DNA of 31,338 nucleotides from a virus. Lineage: Duplodnaviria > Caudoviricetes. Both the position numbers and the translations under genes were made by a program. Location: positions 1 through 31,338 of IMG/VR virus record IMGVR_UViG_3300020043_002028; one strand, written 5' to 3'. Below the pieces are notes generated by a model that saw only the letters and a list, made by a program, of their open reading frames with translations, did not search any database and was not told where the DNA came from. Positions 14,064-25,200 of the stretch are shown here, piece by piece. The number at the start of each line of letters is the position of its first letter. Position 1 is the stretch's first letter.

Positions 14064-14636
14064 TTAATTAGTGAAATCTCTCACGTTGAATCTGCTCCAA
14101 GCGCTATCGTAATTTCTACCCTCACTAAAAGCTACAGTGCTCTGCCTGTTTACTTTGCGTAATGGGTGAATATCAGGAAAGTTATTAGAGCTGTATTCAG
14201 GATAGCTGCTGCTGTTATCACATAAGTAATCCACTAATCTCTGAGTGTACCACTGCGCATTCTCACGTGCCTTCTCTACTAAGCTATCCATCTCACCTTT
14301 AGAAATAGCTGTAGTGTTCTCAGATTGTCGAGTAACTAAGTTACCATTATCATGCTTATACATTAAGAATGGATAAAGCTCTACCATGGTCCACCAAGCT
14401 GTAGGCTTAACAATATATTCGTTTAATAAAGTCTCATACACTCCTGATAACGTGCCATTCTCTATCTCAGATTTAATCTTGTTAGTTAGATCAGTGCCAA
14501 GGTAAAGAGTCATGTACTTATCTTGAGCCAAGTACATTGCAGGGCGAATAAGATTAGTATCTACAGCTTCATTTAATTGAGTGTATTTCTTTAAGAATTC
14601 CTCATTAATGAATAATATTTCCGGTGCTATTGCCAT
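14064..14636 (-). CDS. Putative head-tail adaptor
   Basis: 190-aa helical protein directly after the portal; assignment from context and remembered similarity. Confidence 0.6.
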   Translation of the reverse strand: MAIAPEILFINEEFLKKYTQLNEAVDTNLIRPAMYLAQDKYMTLYLGTDLTNKIKSEIENGTLSGVYETLLNEYIVKPTAWWTMVELYPFLMYKHDNGNLVTRQSENTTAISKGEMDSLVEKARENAQWYTQRLVDYLCDNSSSYPEYSSNNFPDIHPLRKVNRQSTVAFSEGRNYDSAWSRFNVRDFTN

Positions 14637-14656
14637 GTTCTTTTAGTGTTTAATTT

Positions 14657-16672
14657 TTATGCTGGATATCTACCATGATTAGGTTGATCATAGGTAGCTG
14701 TATTAGCTTGGCCAAATCCTTTAGCTATATCTTTTAAAGGCATTCCTGCTCTTATTGCTTTAGCTACTGAGATTGGATCAGATGACTCTAAGCCATTATC
14801 TTTTACAAATCTTCCCTTCTCTCTCTTGCGGAAATAGACTCTGCGCTCGAAGTAATGTTTACAGTTGACTCCGCCATGGTACAACCATACCGAAAAGGTA
14901 GAGCCATTGTGGCCCATGTTTGGATTCAGCGTATTAGTATCAGGCTCCATGGCTTGCAAATCCTCATATCTGTATACATAGCCAGCACGTGCAGCGCTTA
15001 CCATTTGACGGCAAAACTTGCGACTGTTAGCGCTTAGATTCTTTGAATAGCTGTATCTAATTTTATACAAGCCGCTATCCATTTCCGAAGGCTTATCAGG
15101 ATCTGAGTAAGTTCTAACTGAAGCAAGATTAACAGGTTCAGCTTCTATAAGCTCCCACTCTTCCTCATCTATTATTTCGCCCTTATCTTCTAAGAATTCA
15201 CACCACCATGCCTCATCTTCATCTGTGAAAACAGGCTTCTCTTGTGGATCTAAATTAGACTTTTTTTTTTGAGAGCTTAGTTTAGCTACAGCGCTTCCTT
15301 GTGATGGCTCAAACATTGCTGTAGCTACATCAATAGGAAGCTGTAAGAACTGTACCATAAATACTATAGCTTGTTCTTTAGTCAAAGCTCCTGATGTTAC
15401 AGAGGCTACAATCTCTAAAGCGCTTGCTATCTGAGCTCCATTGTAAGTAACATCACTTACTGAAGCTCCTGCTGGTGCTACCGGTGCAGGTGCATTTACA
15501 TCAGTTGTTGCATTATCTGCAACAGTTGGCGCTGCTATTTGTGGCGCTGCCTCAGCTGCATCAGCGAAAATATCATTAGATTCGATGTATAAATCAGCCA
15601 CAATGCCCATACCTTTAAATATCTCTTCAAGGCTATCTGTAATTATTTTTTGATATGGCTCAATGATGTTACGATTAAAGATACGGTAAGCGCTCTTCAT
15701 CTCATCAGCGTTGCTACCTAATCCGCCTGCATCACGAATACCAAAAAGCAGAGGCGAAGTTACGCGGTGAGCTGCTAAGATGTTCTCTCTTGACTGCACG
15801 CTAAGCTCTTGCCATTGCTTATCTGCATCGCTCATAGGCACTAAGTCTAAACGTGGTGCTCTATCAGCTGACTCGTTAAACGTGAATACTACCTTACCTG
15901 CCTTCTTAGCACCTACCATTGTTTCCCAGTTCCTTCTAATAGCCATCTGCTCCTCAGGATCAGGGATGCCATTGTTCATGTGTAAGAAATAGCTTGGGGC
16001 CATTCCATTGCTTAAGAATGCTCTATAAAATTCGCTTATATCTCTTGTGATTTCGATATAGTTAATAGCACTGTAGTAATCAGGCTTAGGATAGTAAGCG
16101 CTGCCAGGTGTCATCACTCCAACGAATAGCACTTGCGAAGGCTCATCTGCTTTCGTTGTAGGATTGTACATCGGGATAAACGTAGGAATGTTTTTCTTTT
16201 TGCGAGTGTCGCTCCAATCCTTTGAGTAATAAATACCAGGTATAATATCCTCATCATTAGCCACTGCTAAACGGCAGTTCTCATAAGGCAAGTGATTAAT
16301 CTTAGCAATGGTGCTTCTATCTACTGACCATATCACCTCTAAGTAATAGCCGCCCTGCATCTTTGCATCCAATGCTATTGGTCTGCGAATAGTGTTAAGC
16401 TTAAGTCTATCTATCTCTCTTTGAGCAGCAGGATTGTTACTCTTAATTTCCTTTCCTGCTATCATAAATGCAATGCTCATAGTTAGAGCAGAGTGCACCG
16501 GAGAGGCATAGTATAAATCAATGAGATAATTGCTAAACAAATTAGCTTCGCCAAGTGTTACCCATCCTTTAGGTGTCTCTTTCTCGGTAGCTTCTTGAGG
16601 CATTGCTGCACCAAGATTCACTAACATTGGTACTGATGGCTGTGCTATATTATCCATTGTATGTAATGTCAT
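14657..16672 (-). CDS. Portal protein with C-terminal minor-head (MuF-like) extension
   Basis: Portal-like motifs (SPVHSA, YYPKPDY, NGMAPS, ILAAHRVTSPLLFGI, IEPYQ), an Ala/Pro linker, then an SRKFC...GGVNCKH domain. True start probably 16657. Confidence 0.85.
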   Translation of the reverse strand: MTLHTMDNIAQPSVPMLVNLGAAMPQEATEKETPKGWVTLGEANLFSNYLIDLYYASPVHSALTMSIAFMIAGKEIKSNNPAAQREIDRLKLNTIRRPIALDAKMQGGYYLEVIWSVDRSTIAKINHLPYENCRLAVANDEDIIPGIYYSKDWSDTRKKKNIPTFIPMYNPTTKADEPSQVLFVGVMTPGSAYYPKPDYYSAINYIEITRDISEFYRAFLSNGMAPSYFLHMNNGIPDPEEQMAIRRNWETMVGAKKAGKVVFTFNESADRAPRLDLVPMSDADKQWQELSVQSRENILAAHRVTSPLLFGIRDAGGLGSNADEMKSAYRIFNRNIIEPYQKIITDSLEEIFKGMGIVADLYIESNDIFADAAEAAPQIAAPTVADNATTDVNAPAPVAPAGASVSDVTYNGAQIASALEIVASVTSGALTKEQAIVFMVQFLQLPIDVATAMFEPSQGSAVAKLSSQKKKSNLDPQEKPVFTDEDEAWWCEFLEDKGEIIDEEEWELIEAEPVNLASVRTYSDPDKPSEMDSGLYKIRYSYSKNLSANSRKFCRQMVSAARAGYVYRYEDLQAMEPDTNTLNPNMGHNGSTFSVWLYHGGVNCKHYFERRVYFRKREKGRFVKDNGLESSDPISVAKAIRAGMPLKDIAKGFGQANTATYDQPNHGRYPA

Positions 16673-17060
16673 TATCTATTGTTAAATTCGGCTCAGTAAA
16701 TCGTGGAGTAGTTACATCTTCTACTATTAAATATCCCTTCTCTATTACTCCCTCTACTGCCGCGTTGGTAGGATCTAAATTAGTGCTGCTATTTTGCCCA
16801 TAAACAATATAACTAAACCGAGCTGGATAGTTAATTAGTAGGCTTGCAGCTGTTGGTGTGTTGGCATTCGTGCCGATTTGAATGGTAGTATACCTATCAT
16901 TCTCTGCTATCTTAGTAGGGATAGCGTAAAGTTTTTGAAGTGTTTGCTCATTAGTTAATTCGAGCAAGTAATGCGTATAACTATTAGCAAGCAAAAGCTC
17001 CCCTTCCTTTAGTGTAAGGTAGAGGAGCTGTGCTGCTGTATTTTTAAGTAAATAAATCAT
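16650..17060 (-). CDS. Virion structural protein (head-completion candidate)
   Basis: 136-aa beta-rich protein between the tail tube and portal genes. Confidence 0.55.
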   Translation of the reverse strand: MIYLLKNTAAQLLYLTLKEGELLLANSYTHYLLELTNEQTLQKLYAIPTKIAENDRYTTIQIGTNANTPTAASLLINYPARFSYIVYGQNSSTNLDPTNAAVEGVIEKGYLIVEDVTTPRFTEPNLTIDNDITYNG

Positions 17061-17084
17061 GCCTTAAATATAGCACAATTTATT

Positions 17085-17633
17085 TTAAAGTGTACCTGCT
17101 ACTACAGTAACAGTTGCGAAGTCTTCAAATGGAGTATCTCCAGCATCTTGGTCAAGTAAGTATGCCTTATCTTTCTCTTCGCCTGTGAATGTAACGGTAT
17201 AACCTACCATGTCGCCTTTAGCAGTACCGGTAGTAGTAGTGAATGCAGTTACTTCTACTCCATCTTTGTAACCACACATCCAAATATTATCGTTATTATC
17301 TTGTACAAAAAGTACGTTGCGACCTTTAGCGATGTTTTGAAGTTGTAGTGCACGTGCAGCAGTCATTCCATGGAATGAAGCTACGATAGTTTGAGTGTAG
17401 AATACTGTGCCATTTTCAATAGAGATTGCAGCCTCTTCTGTGAATGAACCAGTGTTTTTAGGTAAAGCAAATTCGTAAACTGAACCTGTTGCAAGAGCAG
17501 TAACTAAGTTACTTGTTCCGTCAATAGTAGCAGTATTAGCGAATGTAGCGTAAGAACCAAGGTAGATTGCTTTAATCCCCCCAATCGATTCTTTACACTG
17601 TATACCTATTCCGCTTGTAGTTAGACAGCTCAT
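17085..17633 (-). CDS. Major tail tube protein
   Basis: CKESIGGIK, ENGTVFYTQT and TGTAKGDMVGYTVTFTGEE patterns; 182 aa; structural context. Confidence 0.75.
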   Translation of the reverse strand: MSCLTTSGIGIQCKESIGGIKAIYLGSYATFANTATIDGTSNLVTALATGSVYEFALPKNTGSFTEEAAISIENGTVFYTQTIVASFHGMTAARALQLQNIAKGRNVLFVQDNNDNIWMCGYKDGVEVTAFTTTTGTAKGDMVGYTVTFTGEEKDKAYLLDQDAGDTPFEDFATVTVVAGTL

Positions 17634-17675
17634 ATCTGTGTGTGATTTTTTTTATTATTATAAAATATTCTTTGC

Positions 17676-17709
17676 AAAGAATGGGCAGCTATTAGCTAAC
17701 CCACTCTTT
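17676..17709 (-). terminator. Hairpin after the capsid gene (terminator or mRNA stabiliser)
   Basis: AAAGAGTGGG TTAGCT AAT AGCT GCCCATTCTTT inverted repeat. Confidence 0.65.
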
Positions 17710-17726
17710 TAACAAAGGAGTATTAA

Positions 17727-18656
17727 TTAGGGATTCATGAATCCTAAGATAGCCTCAGCAGGAACTGCTACTTGTGTACCAGCTCTGAACTTCATAACCA
17801 TTCTCACGTTATCTGATCCATCAGTTACAGACATATCTACTACCTTAACTTCGTTGAAGTCAGATACAGTATCAGTACCGAAGAAAAGATTCTCAGGCTT
17901 AGCGAAAAGAGCTACGTTATCAGGAATACCTGGACATACATAGATTTCGTATCCGTCAAACATTAGAGGATAGTTTGAAGCAGCGTTGAACTGTTGCAAG
18001 TAACCTAAAGCTGATAAAGCTTGACGGTATAATTGAGCAGTCTTACGGTTTACATAAAGCTTAACTGAAGCATCACCGATTAATGTTGCAGGAAGTGCAG
18101 CCATCAAAGTCTCAAGAGATGCGATTACGTTAGAAGCTGTGAAAGCGTTAGCGAAATCTACATCAGGAGTACCACTCTTAGCAGTATCCAATACTTTCAA
18201 AATTCCGTTGAAAGATGTGTAAGATGAAGATTCGAAGTTACCTTGCCACAAAGTGTATTCGATGTTCTCAGCTACTTTACCTGAAAGGTGAGCAATCAAG
18301 AAATCTGCGAAGTTAGCAGGGATAGTATCATTAGCAAATCCACGGCCTGTTTGAGCAGCTTCCCAGTCTTTTGCAAACTGATCCTTACAAACTTCAACGT
18401 TTACTTTAAGGTCAGTAACAGTCAATACACGCTCAGCCAAAGTCAAGGTAGAGTCTGCATTGTCGAAGTCACAACCCCATGCTTTTACGATGTCAGTAGA
18501 AGCTAACGTCTTAAGTACCATCTTGTACTTAACATTCTCTTTTACTGTGATGTAGTTGTTAGCAATAGTATCTCCCGATAAAACTGCTGCGCTGATATAC
18601 GGCAGAGCTAACTCGCCAGCATATGAGCTTGAAGAAATGGTTAAATTAGTTGCCAT
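17727..18656 (-). CDS. Major capsid protein
   Basis: 309 aa, follows the protease and scaffold genes; YAGE, CDF, VEVCKDQF and LWQG motifs. Confidence 0.85.
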   Translation of the reverse strand: MATNLTISSSSYAGELALPYISAAVLSGDTIANNYITVKENVKYKMVLKTLASTDIVKAWGCDFDNADSTLTLAERVLTVTDLKVNVEVCKDQFAKDWEAAQTGRGFANDTIPANFADFLIAHLSGKVAENIEYTLWQGNFESSSYTSFNGILKVLDTAKSGTPDVDFANAFTASNVIASLETLMAALPATLIGDASVKLYVNRKTAQLYRQALSALGYLQQFNAASNYPLMFDGYEIYVCPGIPDNVALFAKPENLFFGTDTVSDFNEVKVVDMSVTDGSDNVRMVMKFRAGTQVAVPAEAILGFMNP

Positions 18657-18683
18657 TTTTTGTGTTTGTTTTTATGTTTGTTT

Positions 18684-19253
18684 TTATTTGAGTTTATTAA
18701 TCATAGCGTAGGCTCTTTGTTGAGCAGTCATGCGATACATATCTACGTGTTGGGTTGGCGCTACTTGACGAGCTTGCTTAACAGTTACTGCTGCCGGTGC
18801 TTGTGAAAGCTCTACTATCTTTGCTTCAGCAGCACTAAGCTTAGCTTCAAATTCAGCAATTACGTTTTTAAGTAATCCTTCTACTTGCTCTTTAGAGTAA
18901 GTCTCAGCTACCTCTTGTTCTACAGTAACTTCTACTGATGGCTCTTCAGTAACTACCTCTTCAATAGATGCAATTACTCCACTTGCTACAACAATCTTTT
19001 TACCGTTGTCTAAAGTGTATTCTCCATCTGCAAGAGGCGAAGGATTGCCATCTGCATCCATTACGAAAATCTCTACTCCCTCTGCCCATTCAGCAGCAGG
19101 TGAATAGATCATAGTGCCATCAGCTAAAGCACCCTCTGCCATCATTTCTACCTTTGCAGGCTCAGCGGCAGGAGTCTCTTCTACTGACAATTTCACCCCA
19201 TGCTTACTAAGCTGTGGAGCGAACTTTTCTAAAATTTCAGAAATCATGTTCAT
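18684..19253 (-). CDS. Scaffold-like protein
   Basis: Acidic, with LADGT/DGEYTLDNG segments and a coiled coil; lies between protease and capsid. Confidence 0.65.
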   Translation of the reverse strand: MNMISEILEKFAPQLSKHGVKLSVEETPAAEPAKVEMMAEGALADGTMIYSPAAEWAEGVEIFVMDADGNPSPLADGEYTLDNGKKIVVASGVIASIEEVVTEEPSVEVTVEQEVAETYSKEQVEGLLKNVIAEFEAKLSAAEAKIVELSQAPAAVTVKQARQVAPTQHVDMYRMTAQQRAYAMINKLK

Positions 19254-19263
19254 GTGTTATAAT

Positions 19264-19275
19264 TATTAGTGGAAA
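19264..19275 (-). promoter_or_regulatory. Candidate late promoter motif TTTCCACTAATA
   Basis: Identical 12-mer at 29857-29868; both copies lie just upstream of structural genes. Confidence 0.6.
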
Positions 19276-19278
19276 AAA

Positions 19279-19881
19279 TTACAAATTCGTTTCAAGAGCT
19301 GCACTCAATTCAGCTAATAGCTTCTCTAAGTCTTTCTCTGCTACGTTAGTTTCAGCTAATGGTGTAAACCATCCCTCTATTGAAAAGCCTTTAACCTCGC
19401 CATTCTTTACAGCTTGCCAAGTAGCATCATCATCTACTTTTACTCCTATCATCCAAGTACCATCAGGAAGCTCAAAGCCGTAGTTATCTCCCTTATCTGC
19501 TCCAAACTTTATCCATGATTCTACAACAGTTAAGTTGTTTACAGGCATCTCATGCTGAATGGTGTGATTGTGGTGCATGTTACGCTTAAGGAACTCTTGC
19601 GCTGTTTGCTCTATGGTCTCTTTAGAGTAAGTAATAAAGTATTTTTCACCATTACCATCATAACGCACTATAGGTTGATTAGGAATAAGTGCAGGGCCGT
19701 ATAGCATGCGCTTCTCTCCATCCTCTACACGAGCTAACATTAAATTCTGTTTACTAAGCGCCACGAAATCTACCATTATGGCAGGCTCGCTTACCAAACT
19801 TACGGCATACACCCCCATATTAGAATCCTCTTCGCCTAAGCCGTACTCTATTAACTTCAATTTATCATTCATAGGTTTCAT
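19279..19881 (-). CDS. XkdF-like prohead serine protease
   Basis: AVSLVSEPAI, KRMLYGPALIP, TIQH, VVESW, LPDGTW and GEVKGFSIEG motifs. Confidence 0.88.
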   Translation of the reverse strand: MKPMNDKLKLIEYGLGEEDSNMGVYAVSLVSEPAIMVDFVALSKQNLMLARVEDGEKRMLYGPALIPNQPIVRYDGNGEKYFITYSKETIEQTAQEFLKRNMHHNHTIQHEMPVNNLTVVESWIKFGADKGDNYGFELPDGTWMIGVKVDDDATWQAVKNGEVKGFSIEGWFTPLAETNVAEKDLEKLLAELSAALETNL

Positions 19882-20017
19882 TTATTTCAAATAGTATAGC
19901 TTCAATAACTTCATCTATAATAGCCTCTGTATCTTGCAGCTCTGTTTTATCTATCTCAGATAGTGCATTTCGAACTCCTCTCTCTACGCACTTTTTAAGT
20001 AGTGGAAAGTTTGCCAT
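19865..20017 (-). CDS. 50-aa acidic hypothetical protein
   Basis: Manual translation MANFPLLKKCVERGVRNALSEIDKTELQDTEAIIDEVIEAILFEINETYE*. Confidence 0.6.
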   Translation of the reverse strand: MANFPLLKKCVERGVRNALSEIDKTELQDTEAIIDEVIEAILFEINETYE

Positions 20018-20022
20018 ATTTA

Positions 20023-22032
20023 TTATAAGTGTGATTGGTCTATTATCTTTTGACGTGCCTCTAATGCGTTAGCTACGTTGCCTGCTAACACATAAGTCTC
20101 AGTGCTGCCAGGTGCATTAAGTTGCATATTTGCTCCGCTGAAATCTACAGCCGGTGCATTAGCTCCTCCCGTTGGTGCTGTTAAATTGGTAGAATCAGGA
20201 TTACCGCCACCGCCATTGAATTGAGTTTGATTAATCTTAACTATGTTAGCTACCCCTGCTGCTGCTACTGCTGCTGCTTTCACAAAGTTCATCCCTGTAA
20301 GCTGATCTTGTGGGACTGCTAACTGCTGAACTATACCACTTGCCATAGCTATAGTAGCCTGCGCTTTCTGAATCATTTTATTTCGCTCAAAAGCTTTGCG
20401 CTGGCTTGCCTCATCTCCTTTAGTTGCTGCCTCATTAAGTGAGCTTAGCGCATCGAGTGCAAGGCTTGCCATATCAAAATTAGCTTGAATGTTAGCCATG
20501 CGTAAAGCGCGCTGCTCTTCAAGTAATTTTTTCTCATCCTCTAACTTTTTTAATCTTCTCTCTGCCTCTTCATTATCTGCTTTTAACTCAGCAGCTTTAG
20601 CTTCATCTGCATATTTCTTTTCTATATCAGCTATTAACTTAGCTTGCGTTTCAATAAAGAGTAATTGCTGAGCGCTATTTTCCTCAGATAAATTGATAAG
20701 CTCAAAGTACTTATTTCGTACTGCATCTACTTCTTTTTGCTGAGCTGTTAGGGTAGCCTGATAAGCCTCTTCTGCTAATCTCTCCTCTTCATTTAATCTC
20801 TCCTCTCTTGTTTGCTTTTCGTATTCAGCTCTTTCTGCATCTCTTTTAGCTTTGTCTAACGCATCGGCCTCAGCTTTTTTCTTTGCCTCTTCCGCTAACT
20901 GTGCTGCTGCTTTACTCGCCTCTTTCGCTTTATCATTTTTATCTTTAGCAGCATCTGAATCTATTTTCTTAATGGATAATTGAAAGCCTTGGTAATCACT
21001 CTCCATTTGAGCAATTTCCATTCGCTGCTTCTCGAAAGACTCTTTAAGCTGCTTCTCTTGCTCAGCAGGATCTACTACTAAGCTCGCAGCTAAATCTACT
21101 AAGCCTTCAGCAAGATTAGAGCTTTGTCCTACTGCTGCTGCTATCTTATCTACTGCTGTAAGTAATATAATCAATGGAGCGTTAATCCATTTAATAATAC
21201 CCTCTAAAATATTTCTATTTCTAACACTTGCATCTATCTGCGCTTGAGCTTGCGCCTCTTGTGTTTGTAATGAGACTTTAGCATTTTGAATAGCAGTCTC
21301 AAGCTCTTTCATCTTAAACTGTAATATCTCTTTCTCGCTCTTACCCTGCAAGCGCATAGCGTTCTCTTGCAGCAATGCCATATCATAGTTTTTCTTAGAA
21401 GCCTCTGCCTGTAGCTGAGCATTCTTAGCTACGCTACGCTGGTAGTTATCTATACCACTAAGAGCATTTTCAAGATCAGGAAAGAGCTTAACTATCTTAT
21501 CAAAATTCATAGCTATAGCCACAAGTATACCGGCTACAGCTAAATAAGGATTAGCCATGATAGCTTTACCTATAGCTTTAAACGCATTAACACCTGCATC
21601 AGCTACAGCTTTAAATCCTTTACTGACATCTTCAGGCTTAAGCCTTGCTAAGTTGCCACTAACTAAGTTTAAAGATTGTGCTACCCCTTCGAAGTCTAAG
21701 TTAAGTAACTGATCCCCTAACATTCCAAATGAAGCGCGAGCTCCCTCAATAGCAGGCCCTGTATTACCCCTTACTGCATCGGCTGCATCATTCATCCTAT
21801 CCTTAAGCTCACCCATTTGAGCAGATAGCTCAGCGAATTTCTTAGTACCTGGATCGTATTGGTCTTGCTCTTTCTTAAGTGCCTTGTATTGCTGCGCTAA
21901 TGTCTTAGTGCTCTTATCTAACTGCACCGTAGTTTCATCTACTTTTTGCAGCTCCTGATTAATCTCTTCTAATCCTTGAAAAGTACCCTCATCATTAAAT
22001 GAGAGCTTTAATATCATCTCTTGTGTAGCCAT
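20023..22032 (-). CDS. Tail tape measure protein
   Basis: 669 aa, Ala/Lys/Glu-rich helical protein with hydrophobic segments and a C-terminal KAFERNK..QKAQATI pattern. Confidence 0.85.
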   Translation of the reverse strand: MATQEMILKLSFNDEGTFQGLEEINQELQKVDETTVQLDKSTKTLAQQYKALKKEQDQYDPGTKKFAELSAQMGELKDRMNDAADAVRGNTGPAIEGARASFGMLGDQLLNLDFEGVAQSLNLVSGNLARLKPEDVSKGFKAVADAGVNAFKAIGKAIMANPYLAVAGILVAIAMNFDKIVKLFPDLENALSGIDNYQRSVAKNAQLQAEASKKNYDMALLQENAMRLQGKSEKEILQFKMKELETAIQNAKVSLQTQEAQAQAQIDASVRNRNILEGIIKWINAPLIILLTAVDKIAAAVGQSSNLAEGLVDLAASLVVDPAEQEKQLKESFEKQRMEIAQMESDYQGFQLSIKKIDSDAAKDKNDKAKEASKAAAQLAEEAKKKAEADALDKAKRDAERAEYEKQTREERLNEEERLAEEAYQATLTAQQKEVDAVRNKYFELINLSEENSAQQLLFIETQAKLIADIEKKYADEAKAAELKADNEEAERRLKKLEDEKKLLEEQRALRMANIQANFDMASLALDALSSLNEAATKGDEASQRKAFERNKMIQKAQATIAMASGIVQQLAVPQDQLTGMNFVKAAAVAAAGVANIVKINQTQFNGGGGNPDSTNLTAPTGGANAPAVDFSGANMQLNAPGSTETYVLAGNVANALEARQKIIDQSHL

Positions 22033-22229
22033 TATAGTACGCTATAAATTGTTAATCCAATTAAGGCAAGTAGCCCTATTAGTATAGTGTAATTAATAGC
22101 TCTTATTTGCCACACCTTGCGCTTAGCAAAATACCTTCCGCTTGCTTGTTTAAACTCTTGGCTTTTACCCTGCACGCCTGAGCGCAATAAAGTCATGCTA
22201 AATATAATGTCTTGGTGAGGATTTGTCAT
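22032..22229 (-). CDS. Small protein with C-terminal TM
   Basis: 65 aa, overlaps both neighbours. Confidence 0.7.
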   Translation of the reverse strand: MTNPHQDIIFSMTLLRSGVQGKSQEFKQASGRYFAKRKVWQIRAINYTILIGLLALIGLTIYSVL

Positions 22230-25200
22230 ATTATAGGTATACGTTGGAATTTACTTTGAGTGTATTGGAATGTCGCGCTAATTACTGCCATTTTACCTAC
22301 GTGCTTGCACTCTAAATAAGGTGCTATCTTATTGCTAACAACAGGCAAGTGTAGTACAAATGAGTTAGATGAAAAGCCGCTAACAAATTCATGTGTTTTA
22401 TTAGGTGTAGCTGAGTAGTTTGTTACCTTATCACGCCATAGCATGCAGCTATATTCAATGGCTGCTACATTACCTGTGAAATCAGTAGTGCCGTAATTAT
22501 ATTCCATGACTGAGATATAAACCTTAACAGCCCATACAGTCTCAGTAGGTAGAACTATAGTACCATTGTTAATACCATCTACAAATAGATTTACATCTGT
22601 TGGATTGCTTACCATCTCACCCACTCCCATAAGTTGAATAAAGCCATGTTGGCTTCTACCTGGTATAGTTGTTCCGAAGTCGCTTGCTCCATCGTACCAA
22701 GTACCACCTCCAAAGTGCACCCCTCTTACATCAGCTTCTGCCCATCTGCCCATTACCGTAGTACCTTCTAAGTTAGGCCTAATAAAGTTACGGTAGCCCA
22801 TGGCTTGGCTGTAGTTATTGTTAGGTGAAATGCCATGGCCTAAGCCACTTACAAAGATGCGTTCGTTATTATTCTCAATTTCAGCACGAACTACGTTACC
22901 CATACCGGTAGCACTCTTCTGATTGCCGCTTGTATTAGTGATATTGCTACCACCAACAGCATTAGGTGAGCTGATTATTCCAGGTGTACCATTGGTTACA
23001 GTTGTAGCATAGCATCTGCCTTTATCAGTGCTCCATGTATAGCCGTAATACTCGCAGCATGTTTGTGAGCCATAGCTTAAATTACCATCGTAATCTATAA
23101 ACTGAACTGCTCCTGTGCTTGCGTTAATAACAGATGGTTTGTATTGACAAAGTGCTCCAATGTCAAGTAATCGGATAAGCTTGCATTTAGTTACTTGCTC
23201 ATCTGCTACTATGTAATCAGTTAATTCTATTACTCTCCACCATGAATCCTTAACCCATATTTTATCATTAAACTTTAAGCCGAATACATCAGTTACACTA
23301 AGCTTAAAATAAGCCTCCATTATTTTCTGCTCAGAATCATACAGCTCAGAAATATACTCTCTCCAATATCTATCAAAAAGCGTATGTAATGGTATGGTCT
23401 CTATTGGATGTGGAGGAATTTCCTGCCCGAAGTTTAGATCATTAGTGCCTATTTGAGTTGGTATATTTTGGTAGTGGCATAGTAGCGGAATAACTGTAAA
23501 GCTCGCATCCTCTGCTACCTCATCATAAACCATAACTACAGCACTCTCTTCAAACGCTCTCTTATAAAGGATGCGCGGCCCAGGTGCCATAAACTCTCCC
23601 TTATCATTAAAGTACTTAGGGATAATATAATTAGTGTTAGGGATTAGATCGCATGGCGAAGCTCCGAAAGTTAGCTCTACTGTAAAATCACTTGTGCTAA
23701 AGTCATTGCCTGCATCAGTTAAGCGTAGCTCTCCATAAACTCTTTGAGCACCGCTCTTATACTTAGCGTTTAATACATCTCCCTGCTCTTTGTAGCTCCA
23801 TTTCAGTAGGCGCTTTCTAATATCAGCAGCAGGAGTAAGCAGAATGTCTTTAGATAGGTCAAGCTTACCGGTCCAATCGTAATCCTCTCCGCTGCCTAAA
23901 TACTCTACCATTGGAATAATTTCAACAGCGTTAGGCATGTTTGGATTAGGAACTAAAACAGCGTTAAACATCTTAAGAATATCGCGAAGGAAATCTACTT
24001 GTTTCTGCTCAGGTGCGTTTTTATCAAAGCTTACAGGCTGCCCTTGAAGCTCACCTGTTACAAATGTTATACCTATTGAGCTATCTGCATTTATAGTTAC
24101 GTTTTGAGAGCTTCCGGCATGAGCATAAATAAATACTTTTATTTGATCTCCTACTTGTAAAGGTAATTCTAAAGATGTATTAACTGTAAATGGATTATTT
24201 TGAACTATATTATAAAGATTAGTTCCTGCTATCCATTCCAATTGTGTTGGGCCTACACTTTGCGCGTTAGGAATAGGTACAATAAAATCTAAGCCGTTTC
24301 TGGTTATTCTTAAATTAATATCATAAGTGTGCCATGAATCATTAGAATAGCCTGTTAAATCTACATCAACTTCTAAATTGACATTAAATGTACAGTTATA
24401 GTTACCTTGAGCTGTATAAATATCTGATGCAAAGCTATTAGATGGATCTAATGTTTCTACCCATCCAGTAAGCTGCTTATAATATAGCCCACTATTACCT
24501 TGAGTATTTATAGTTACCGATTGGTTAGAAGTATAGTGAGCACTAAATTTAGCTTCGTCAGTACTTACCGTACCTGCTACTAATGGATTAGTAACGTAGG
24601 GAATGTACATTTCTGTAAGCTCAGTATCTAATGTATCTCCGCTGTAGGTAAAGCCTGCCTCTGTAATAATCTTATTTAAAAGCCATTTAGCCTGTAGAGC
24701 TAAAGTTAATTCACCGGTATAAATAGGATTAACTGAGCTGAAGATTCTGCGACTACCTATTGTGCTATCTTCGCTCCAATTCTGCCCTCTATCAGTTAGC
24801 GTGTAGCAGATAGCGTTATCAAATAAGCTACCGTCATTAATTAAATTTACATTCTCATAAGTATTCTCATGGTCTAAATCTGAGTAATCTAAATCTTTAA
24901 GAAGCTTATCTCCAATGCTGCGAGCTAAGTCTACAGTCTCTCCAAAGAATGCTATAACGAATTCGTGTATCTGCCCCTGATGCGTTACGCTCTGCTTAAA
25001 TTGGATATGCCCCTCTGCAATGGGTAAGGTATCCACTGATAAGGTAGCTGCTATCTTGCGTAGTACGTTAATCTGAGTAGTGTCATCATTAAGCAGATTA
25101 GCGTTATACTGCTGCCCAAAAAAATCTACGTTATTCTTAGTTGCAGGTATTCTGAATTCTCTTGAGAAAGCTCCCCTGGTAGTAAACTCAGAAACGCTAT

